A program made the position numbers and the translations under genes. Below are positions 48,368 through 58,276 of a stretch of DNA of 64,000 nucleotides, in pieces. The DNA is from Azolla caroliniana (taxonomy: Eukaryota; Plantae; Polypodiophyta), in NCBI GenBank assembly GCA_043228905.1, contig JBHGNT010000004.1, positions 16,058,001-16,122,000 of the forward strand. Reading direction: 5' to 3'. Numbering within the stretch: position 1 is the first letter of the stretch; each line of letters begins with the position of its first letter. The notes under the pieces were generated by a model. It did not search any database and was not told the DNA's origin. It worked only from the letters and a program-made list of their open reading frames with translations.

Positions 48368-48369
48368 AG

Positions 48370-48825
48370 TGTTACCCGGACCCGGACAGTCAGTTTTACC
48401 GAACAGGTGGGAAAGCGTCGAAAAACAGAGTCGGTTCGGATCGACTGTTCGGATCAATGACTCAGCAGTAAAACGAAGAGAACTAAGTTAGTTAGATAAT
48501 TTTGTAAATCTTGTTAGAGAGTAGGAATAGTTCTTGATGAGAAAAGACCTTCGGTATACCTATAAAAGGGAACCAAAGGCATTGTAAGAGAGGTCGTTTT
48601 ATTTAGTAATATAAGTTTAAGTTAGGAATATCTGGTACGAATTCTGTGTGTCTCTGTTGTCTATGATCTTAAGTGCAAGCTTCCTAATTTATAGCTAAAT
48701 AACGATCACGATAATTACCGATTAATATAGCAATTCCGTTCGTAAAACACAATTCCTTGTTAGAACGTTGAGTAGCGACGTTCACTCTTCTGTATCGGTA
48801 GTAGTTAGTAATTAGCCGATTAACA
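48370..48825 (+). repeat. C 3' LTR (456 bp)
   Basis: Identical to 39480-39935. Confidence 0.97.
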
Positions 48826-50387
48826 CTGTGGTCATCTATGAACGTCACGAAGTACTGCGATCCTGCATGTGACTTTGTGTCCACTTGACACACATCAGTA
48901 TGCACCAACTCCAGTGGTGCAATACGTCTCATCGGTGGCCTTGGTCGGAAGGGGGTCCAGTTTTGCTTACCGTCCAGACAATCAGTGCACTTCTCCAAGT
49001 GCACATTCTTCACTAGAATGAGGTTGTCGTCTGCAAGCCTCTTCATCCCCTTCTCGCTCATGTGACACAACCTCTTGTGCCACAACTCACTGGCAGTGTC
49101 GGATGCCACGTTCACTTCCTCCGGACATAACCGGGCATTCATCAGGTACAACGTGTTGACCTTACGGGCTCGAGCCACAATCAGGCTCCCCTTGCTGAAC
49201 TTCATAACACCATTCCGGATGCTACCCGCGTAGCCTTCATCATCTAGCCGACCGGTTGATATCAGGTTCAGACGAACCTTCGGAACGTGTCTGACATCCT
49301 TTAGCAGCATCTTGCAGCCGGTTGGTGTTGTCAACCACACGTCTCCTATGCCGACAATTCGGCATGTACCTTCATTCCCCATTCGAACACAGCCGTGATC
49401 AATGGCTGAGTAGGATGAGAAGCATTTCCGGTCCGGGGTAAGGTGGAATGACGCTTCGGAGTCGACCACCCAGGTTATCTCGTCGCCGGCAAGGTTTAGC
49501 TCACTTTCCTCGGTGATGAGCATCAACTCTTCTTCACTTGCCGCGATTGCCGTCATTCCCTTCCGGTCCGTTCCCCTCCGGTCTTTACCGTTCCGGTCCG
49601 GTGTCCGCTTCGAATCGGTACCGTCGGTTTCCTTGTCTTTCGGGAAATGCCCACAGTTCTTTTGGAAGTGTCCCGGCTTGCCGCAGTAGAAGCAAGTAGG
49701 CCTCCCCCTTGACTTTGACTGTGTCCCCGACTTTTCTCGGTTCTGGGGACTACGATTACTTTGTCTTCCACGTTCCGATTCGGTAAGGAGCGCTTTGGAG
49801 TCGGAGCTCGTATCCTTATCTTTCCGACGTGCCTCCTCATCTAGCAAGCTCGACTTCACTCTTGCTAGGGATAACCGTTTCCCTTCCAGCCCGGCGTTGC
49901 CCAAGGTGACAACCAACGTCTCCCAGCTATCTAGGAGGGAACCGAGCAGGAGTAGTGCTAGTACCTCATCGGCGAGAGGTACCTCCAATGATGTTGCTTG
50001 GTGGATCAGCCCCTCGAAGGCATTCATGTGCTCCGCCATGCTGGAGCCATCTTGGTACCAGAGTCTTACTAGCTTCCGGAATACCGAAACCTGGTTAACA
50101 ACATTTTTGTTTTGAAACATAATGCCGATCTTCTCCCAGAGCTCATGAGCCTTGCTCTCTTCATTGAAGTTGTTGTACAGGCTCATGTCGATGAAGCATT
50201 GTATGTACGCCGTTTTCTTCATGTGCATCACCTCCCATATCGCGGTGTCGATCTTGTCCGGTCTCTTGTCACCGAACTGAACCGGCAACCAAAGATCTTT
50301 AACCACGAGCATGTCCCTCATCTTCGACTTCCACACTGAATAGTTGGAGCCGGTGAGCTTCAACATACCTCCCAACGAATCGTCCAT
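48826..50387 (-). CDS. gag: G gag-protease-integrase N-part, open until the C insertion
   Basis: KLTGSNYSVWK, CFYCGKPGHFQKNC, WVVDSEASFH, LWHKRLCHMS, LELVHTDV, FIDDH. Confidence 0.92.
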
Positions 50388-50417
50388 TTTCTGTATCGTT
50401 TCGCTCTAATACCACTT

Positions 50418-51201
50418 TGACAAGAACTGCACGCTCCCTATGCGCAACGCTCGGCCACAACCGAGCTTAGAATCATACACAGAAAACGGGAAATGAAACA
50501 CACGACTCAAAGGCGAAAAGAGCACACAGGATGTTTAACGTGGAAAACCCTCAGAGGGAAAAACCACGGGAGTCCACAGATTCCAAACTATTAGTATATA
50601 AGAATGTACAATGGTGGAGCACCGAGGCAATAACCTCGAGCTTTCTATCTTCGCCACAGGCGGCGGTTACAACAGAAGCAACAACCTTTTCCTCTCTCTC
50701 TCTCTCTCTTTGTACACAATTACGCGCTCTGATCTTGCACCAACAAGAATGACAACCACAACTATAATAAGTTTGCCCTAAGTCATATTTATACTAATAT
50801 GACTTTTCAGCTATTTACCAATATAGCCTCGATGGACTCTCATAAACATATTTACAAATATATCTCTTCATCCGGTGAGCACTTCTCACCGGGCCTGCAT
50901 TATCCGGCGCTTGCCGGGTACTTGCCATCCGGTTCTCACCGGGTCTTCTGTTTCTGGGTACTCCTCATCTAGTTCTCACCGGGTCTACACCATCCGGCTC
51001 TCCGTAGCCGGGTTCTCCTCATCTGGTTCTCACCAGGTCTGCACCATCCGGCTCTCCGTAGCCGGGTACTCCTCATCCAGTTCTCACCGAGTCTGCACCA
51101 TCTGGCTCTCCATAGCCAGGTACTCGTCGTCCGGTTTCCCTTAGTTTGCTCATCAGCTTAGTTCTTCTCCCTTCCCATCCGGAGGGATCTATCTCCCAAC
51201 T
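50418..51201 (-). repeat. G 5' LTR (784 bp) with three 54-bp tandem units near 50957-51120
   Basis: GGTACTCCTCATCCGGTTCTCACC... unit repeated. Confidence 0.92.
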
Positions 51202-51918
51202 GTTTTCTTCTACCAATAGCATTGATTGGAGCTCGAAGAAGGAGGGAGATTTCTCCCTTGCTAGAATGGCAGTTCGCATCGTGCCGAACCGTGGTGCTAG
51301 GCTGCCGAGGCATATTTGCACCATCTTATCATCATCGATATTTACTCTTATCGAGCCGAGCGAGTCGCAAAGCTCCTTGATCTTCAAGGTTTATGTCGTG
51401 ATGGACATGTCCCTTTGTTGAGTTTTGTTCAACTCTTGGCGAAGTTGAAGCCTTCTTGCGGTTGTGTTCGCCGTGAAAATCTTTCGTAGATTTTCCCACG
51501 CCTCCTTCGGTGTCTTGGCTTCGCGAATGTAGCCGAGCATGTGATTATGAACACATGTTGCCAAACAATACATCACGTGGCTTGTGGCTTGCTCCCATGT
51601 CGCGTATCCGGGAGCCATTTCGACGGGTCGGTCTTCGTGCGCTCCTTTGATGTAGCTCCAATAGCTTTGTCTGACAAGGTATTGGTGCATCTTGTACTCC
51701 CAAGATGCGAAGTTTTTTCGATCCAACTTCTTGGTAGGGAGAGCGCTCCCCATTTGAGTATTCATTATGTCGATTCTTCTTCTTCCTCTCCTTCTTCTCT
51801 CTTCGAATGCGAGCTATGTAGCGAAGCTACGATAGCGATGAGTCGGTTCTTGGTCTTCGGCGTAGGACACAGTGCACGTGGATGGGCTAGATTGAGCTAC
51901 CAAGTCGCTGTGATACCA

Positions 51919-52310
51919 TGTAAAGAATCAAGAGATGGATTCTGTGTAGCGGAATAGATATGAGTTGTGTGTGTGTATGAGAGAGAGAGAGAGAGTTAGA
52001 GAGACAAGGAGTAAGACACAGAGAATATGCAAGGTAAAAGTATATTAACAAAGGAGAAAGACTCAACATTATATAAGGTGGGAGGAGGGTGCTTTATATA
52101 GTCACCCTCTCTCTTCATTAACTACAAGACTCATGGAGCATGGGGAATGTGAAAGCTCATAAGTTATGTGTCATAGAATATGATTCTATGACTCATACTA
52201 AATGCTAGAATACAAAGTGGTGACATAATGGTGACTCTTGACCGTTGGAGTGTCTATTCACTCTCAAGGTGAGTTCACACACTAGACCAAGTTGAGCTTG
52301 ATTCGCAACA
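51919..52310 (-). repeat. H LTR (392 bp), flanked by both a PBS and a PPT
   Basis: Sense strand TTGAGGGGGCG|TGTTGCG...TTTACA|TGGTATCA. Confidence 0.85.
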
Positions 52311-54164
52311 CGCCCCCTCAAGCTCAAGTCGGGCCGGTTTCAGACGGTATCCGAAATCCGCCATATTTTCCTTGTCGTAGGTTCACTGGCATAATGTCCT
52401 TTGGCAACCCCACAATGCGCTTCCCGTAAAATGGTGTCTTTTTCATCACTCCAGACCTCTCTCCGCCACATGTCGTTTGCTCCTTTATGATACAGTGTAT
52501 CCTGCACTAGACAAAAGTGTCGGCTTTGCACCACCAACTGTTTAAGAACTGGTGCTTAAGAACTGGTGCATCCCGGTTCATCTCCTTTAGGGGTAGTCTG
52601 GTGCTTAAGAACTGGTGCATATTCATTAGCCATTTGTCCTCGTCCGCAACTATCCCATTCACCGTGGTTTCCACTGTAATTTTAAACAATGCGGCATCCG
52701 AAAATTCATCTTGAACACCTTCACCAGTCTCTCCGGATTCTAACCGGCTCAAGTAATCGGCAACCGCATGTTGTATACCCGGCCGGTGATAGATCTCAAA
52801 TTCAAATTCTTGTAATAATAATGTCCACCGGGCCAAGTTGCTAGTGAGTGATGCCTTCGAGACCAAGTATAAAAGCGTTGAATGGTCGACATGGAATGAA
52901 AACTTGCGGCCCAACAAATAATGTTGGTATTTGGTGACGTTGTATATCATTCCTAGGGATTCTCTTTCCATAGTGGAATAATTTCGCTCTGCCTTTGACA
53001 ACTTCTGGCTAGCGTAGTACATCGGCCGGTACCACTTCGGTTCGGTAAGTTACATGAGTATGTTGCCGATTGCGTCCACGAAGACATGGAACTCTTTTGA
53101 CCAGTCCATGGGTTGTACCACTGGTGCTTGTGACAACATTACCTTCAGTGCGCAATAAGCCTTGTCCTCTTCATCGTCCAATTAAACGGTGTCTAGTGTA
53201 CAACTACGTGTAGTGGCGTGGCGAGATCTGCCAAGTACCGAACCATCTGCCTATGCCACCGGATCTATCCTAAGAACCGGCTTAAAGCCTTGGTGGTCAT
53301 CGACACCAGTGCCTACAAAATAGCCTTGACCTTATCTGGGTCCATGGCAATCCCTTCCTTGCTAACAATATGACCCAACAATGTGCCGTTGGTCACACAT
53401 TTTGCCGGGTCTAAGCTTAACCGGTATCCTCTACACTTTTCCAAGCATAACCTGAGATGGTCAAGGTGTTCCCCTTTCCGGCTATATGCCGCAAAGTCAT
53501 CCAGGAATACCTGCATAAACGCCGATATGAATTCTCCGAATACTTCCATAATAATCCTCTGAAAGGTTGTCGACGCCGTCTTGAGTCCGAACATCATTAC
53601 AACTGCTACAAAGACTCCCCATTCTATCACGAACGTCGTGTTTTCTTGATCATCCGGGTGCAACCTTATTTGGTTATATCCACTGAAACCATCAAGAAAG
53701 CTATAAACCTCGTACCGCATCTAAACCTCTATCCGTAAACGGTAACCGTTGCCGTGTTTAATTTCCGGTAATCCACGCAAACACGGATCTTGCCATTCTT
53801 CTTCGGTACTAGGACGATTGGACTTAGCCAAGTGGCTTTCTTCACCGGCCGGATAAAGTCGACCCGGAGTAGCTTGGCGATTTCATCCTTTACTCCTACA
53901 ACGTAGTTTGGGTTCATCTAATAGCGTCATTGTGCCACCGGCTTAACGTCCTTGCTGAGGTGAATCTAGTGTTGATAGAGTTGGGGGTCAAGTCCCTACA
54001 TATCTTCGTAGGACCAGGCGAATACGTCCCAGAATTCTTTTAATAATGTTATCATTGCCGATTTTTCTTCCGGTGACATATCCTTGGCCACGTGTACCAG
54101 ACGCGCTTCCTCTTCGGTGCCCAAATTTACTTCTTTTAGTTGGGACGCCTTTACTCGTTGGGAT

Positions 54165-54792
54165 ACGATTTTCGGCTACGATGTGAAACCGAGTGAGACG
54201 AAGAAACCAAGGATGTGCATCATTGCACATACACTTAGCAAATAAGCCTAAGGCCTAGTGACACTTGAGTTCATATAGAGGGGTGCAAGCAAGGTTTGAA
54301 CCTTGCACCTCTAAGATACAAGATGTTTGCCTTACCACTAGGACAACTATCATATAATGTAGATTTTATGTATTTCCTTTTCATATTCGAATTATAGACG
54401 AAACAACCATAGAAAACCATGTGCACAAAACCATGGTTCTAAACCCATGGATTGTGCATGTCATAAGCAAATCCATGTCCCCAAAACCATGGTTCTAAAC
54501 CCATGGTTTTGTGCATGAAGAGAGCTATAAAAACCCTAGTTGAGCTTGTGTAAAGGGGGGGCTCAATATGTCATATCACCAACATCACTATCATCAATAT
54601 AATTATGTTCATCTTTATCTTCTTCATATTTTTCTATTTCTCAAGTGTACAATCTTTCTTCTTATCAAGTGAACAAATTTCATCCAATCTTACATTGATC
54701 ATCATCTCTTCGATAATTCCGCGAACATCCTCCCTAGTCCAAGACCCCGGTGGTCGCTCAAGTAGCACACACACGCGCGAATCTTCGCGACA
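54165..54792 (+). repeat. I 5' LTR (first ~7 bp deleted)
   Basis: Direct repeat of 57019-57596. Confidence 0.9.
54281..54352 (-). promoter_or_regulatory. tRNA-derived (A-box/B-box) cassette, antisense within the I LTR (second copy 57142-57213)
   Basis: Minus strand GTTGTCCTAGTGGTAAGGC...GCAAG-GTTCAAAC-CTTGC. Confidence 0.6.
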
Positions 54793-54836
54793 TCATTTGG
54801 TGAACCCGACTTGAAGAGCAGCAAGGGAGGACGAAG

Positions 54837-56474
54837 ATGGATGGCGAATATCTTATGGAGGCAATGTCAAAAAGGATGATGGAGTTTTTGAGAGAAGGGA
54901 AAAGACGAAATGAAGCCCAACAAGCCATCGATAGGGTAGTCGAGCGAGTGAGCTATTTCAACGGCGCCGAAGTCCAAAGTCTTCTAAAAGTCTACAATGC
55001 GGAGATGGATTCAAGAGGTGTGGACGAAGCTATGAGGTTGGAGTACTTTTGTCGGGTGGTGTCTCAACCAATCTTCAAAGATGTAAAAGAGCTTCTAGAA
55101 GCTCATGATTCATGGGCGACTTTCATGAAGGCTCTATTGGAGGAATATGGCTATGAGAGACTGAAGGGACAAGATCGACGCAACTTCGACCAATGGGTGA
55201 CATCGGCGAAGACCCACCAAGGCGCGACACAAGCATTCTAGACTTCGAGCGCCGTTTTTCTCAACTCTCGGAGCGGAAACAAAGATTGGTGGGGGTTGAT
55301 AAGGTCCTTATGTTCGTGAAGTCAATCGATTGAATGGAAAGGATGGCCATCGGCCTCAAGCTCGAAGAAGATGATGGTGCAAATGGCTTCATCTAGGATT
55401 GGAGCAAAGTGGAAAGTGTATGCCGACTACACGATAGGGGGCGAGTGAGAATATCAACGACAACAAGATGGCCCATTAGGGACGAGATGCAGCAACGCGC
55501 CACCAACAAAAGAAATGAAGCTTAAAAGGGAGACAAAACTGAGGCGAATGGTGATCGAGGAAGAAGAGACCTCCCAACAAATGTAGGTTAATGAAGTGGC
55601 TGATACAAAGGCTCAGGTTCAGTATGACGGTACTGAGAGGGAAGGTGCGAAACAAGTCACCTTCTTGTCTTACGAAGAAATGGTGGCCAAGGAGGAGGCC
55701 AATGACTCGAGGACAGTGAACGCCACTTCGAGGGAGGATAAATGTTTTGGAACACACATTGTGTACGAAACATCGGGTGATGAAGGTGCAAGCATGAGAA
55801 AAGCTTGCATGATCGAGGGAGATAAAGTGTTTGAGTCCGACGTGATTGAAGAGGTAGCCATGACAAACGACATCGAGTAGGAGGTGGCTATGGACAAGTC
55901 GACGGCGGATAGCCATGTCGAGACTTTTTCCACACTTGTTCCAGAGACTTCCGTGGTTGCGCCCGTGTGCCAACGTGAGACCGGAGAGACGGAAGGTGGT
56001 GACGAGAAGATGAAGACCCAACACAAGGAGGAAGAAGATTGAGGACGAAAGGATATCCCCACACCTATTCTAGAGACTTCGGTGGTTGTGCACATGCGCC
56101 AACATGAGACCGGAGAGACGGAATGTGTCGACAGAAAAGCGGAGGACAGGAAGGGCGATGAGGATGACAAGATAAATGTGCATGAACGAAGGGATTCCTT
56201 CACACCTGTTCCGGAGACTTCGGGAGTCGAGCCTGTGTGTCGACATAAGACCAAAGATAAAGGAGGTGGCGGAGAGGAGACAATATGGCTCGAGGCGAGC
56301 ATACATGGAAGGAAGGTTGTGGCCGACGAGGAGGCCCAGGATGAAGCCGCGGTTAAGTTTGATGGAGAGGCAGCATGCGGGAAGGAAGGAAGAGTCGAGA
56401 ACCAGTTGAACCGGAAGACGATCTGGCCGGGATTCCGGCCCAAACGAAGGAAGATTCACATGGGAGCCGATTGA
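54837..56474 (+). pseudogene. gag: I gag-like ORF with acidic repetitive C-terminal extension
   Basis: SYFNGAEV..LLKVYNAEM homologous to E0/E1/F gag; three ETS(V/G)V repeats at 55932, 56061 and 56202. Confidence 0.7.
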
Positions 56475-57018
56475 CCAAGGCCAACCTGGCCGAAACCTGA
56501 TTCGGCGGAAATTGATTGGATGATCCCGATCCAAAAGGGGACCGACCCAGCCGGAACCAATTGGTCGAGCCCGACTTGGAGAAATGCGAATGCAGACGAA
56601 GGCCAACCGATCCGAGAAGTGATCGGCGGAGACCGATCTGGACAAGGGCAAACCCGGCCTAATCGGAGATCGACACGAATGATCCACAACACCCAGTTGA
56701 AGACGGTGAGTGCGAGGAGTGGCCAGAAGTCCAATCAAAGGACATGCACGGTGGACGAAGGAAGAGTGATCGGATCGATGACATCATTCGGTAGATCTAC
56801 TACAACCAACCGGGAAAGAAGGTGTGAGCGTTGGATATTGTGGATCGGGTGGCTACGGTGGTTCAGTTGGAAAGATTGAGCACACTCGAAGTGGAAGACG
56901 AAGTCAAATGAGGTCGACGAGCGTGCGGAGGAACTTGGTTGATCACCAATGCCAAAGATCTCACCTCTTCACCTTCCTGGGCACATACTAGAGGATGTGC
57001 GGGTTTGGTGCGGGTGGA

Positions 57019-57596
57019 TGTCGTGACGATTTTCGGCTACGGTGTGAAACCAAGTGAGACGAATAAACCAAGGATGTGCAACATTGCACATACATTTAGC
57101 AAATAAGCCTAAGTCCTAGAGGCATTTGAGTTCATACAGAGGGGTGCAAGCAAGGTTTGAACCTTGCACCTCTAAGATACAAGATGTTTGCCATACCACT
57201 AGGACAACTATCATATAGTGTAGATTTCATGTATTTCCTTTTCATATTCGAATTATAGACGAAACAACCATAGAAAACCATGTGCACAAAACCATGGTTC
57301 TAAACCCATGGTTTTGTGCATGAAGAGAGCTATAAAAACCCTAGTGGAGCTTGTGTAAAGATGGGGCTCAATATGTGATATCACCAACGTCACTATCATC
57401 AATATAATTATATTTGTCTTTATCTTCTTCATATTTTTCTACTTCTCAAGTGTATAGTTTTTCATCCAATCTTACATTGATCGTCATCCAATCTTACATT
57501 GATCGTCATCTCTTCGATAATTCCGCGAACGTCCTCCCCAGTCCAAGACCCCGGTGGTACCTCGAGTAGCACACGCACGCGCGAATCTTCGCGACA
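57019..57596 (+). repeat. I 3' LTR (578 bp)
   Basis: TGTCGTG...CGCGACA, preceded by GGTTTGGTGCGGGTGGA. Confidence 0.92.
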
Positions 57597-58276
57597 CCGT
57601 TCCAAGGCCTCCTATGCTTGCCGCAGTTCCCGGAGTGCATCCTTGTCCGGTTCCTCCCCGGCCTATTCCGTTTGCACAATGTATGGAGATACCGCTTCTG
57701 CCACATCCACTTTGAACATAGGGACTATCCTTGGGTTCTCTTCAAGGTATCGATCCACCTCCTCATCGGCCAGTAATGCTAGCATGTTCACGCTTTCGGC
57801 ATATAGTAGGGTCACGTCTTTGCCGAGGCCTGCTTGTGGTTGCGTGGGTACTCTTATTTTTGTTTTCCCTCTGCGGAATGCACTATTGTTTTTCTGCCAA
57901 ATCTGTTTGATATGGGCAGTCTTCAGCCATGGTCGTCCTAGCAGCAATGGGTATGCCCCTTAGGCGTTCAACTGGAGGATTACCGTAGAAATTCGGAAAG
58001 CACTCCAATCGTCACCTCCAAGTCCCGGATCAAGCCGGCCAGTCGGACTGAGTTGGTGTCCGCCATACGGAGCCAGAATGGGCATGGTTCCCACTCCTGA
58101 ATTCCCAAAGTGTCGCATGTCCGAAGGCTTATCACGTTTACTCCTAATCCGCCATCGACTATCGTACCCATTAGCTCCCGTCCTTTAATAATCGCAGTGA
58201 TTGCAGGACTGCCCGTCTCCACCATCGCCGGTCCTTCCTCCAGATTTGAAAAGAATGTCGGAGCCAATGTAGGACT

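Larger units (their letters stand above)
39480..48825 (+). mobile_element. C: very young tRNA-Arg-primed non-chromovirus gypsy element with extra ORF
   Basis: 456-bp LTRs identical by eye, perfect TSD CTGTG (39475-39479 / 48826-48830). Confidence 0.97.
36311..51201 (-). mobile_element. G: full-length Tnt1/Tork-like copia element, host of C
   Basis: LTRs 36311-36982 and 50418-51201, TSD GTTTT (36306-36310 / 51202-51206), PBS TGGTATTAGAGC 50414-50403, PPT 36998-36985. Confidence 0.93.
36231..52350 (-). mobile_element. H: Bryco-like copia 5' part (LTR 52310-51919, gag 51765-51202 plus 36310-36231), host of G
   Basis: Gag rejoins across G as LLVEEN|HVCTRHNEPEGHMLY; PBS TGGTATCACAGC 51918-51907. 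Confidence 0.85.
54165..57596 (+). mobile_element. I: non-autonomous gag-only LTR element of the tRNA-Trp group
   Basis: LTRs ~54165-54792 and 57019-57596, PBS TGGTGAACCCGACTTGAA 54798-54815, gag from 54837, 2.2-kb interior with no pol motifs. Confidence 0.88.
52355..58276 (-). pseudogene. pol: B3: degenerate pol of a B/C-group gypsy (PR 58276-57597; RT, RNase H, INT N-terminus 54164-52355), interrupted by I and J
   Basis: IVDGGLGVNVI, LLGRPWLK, VDYRKLN, FLDD, YYASQKL, LREAHCG. Confidence 0.88.
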
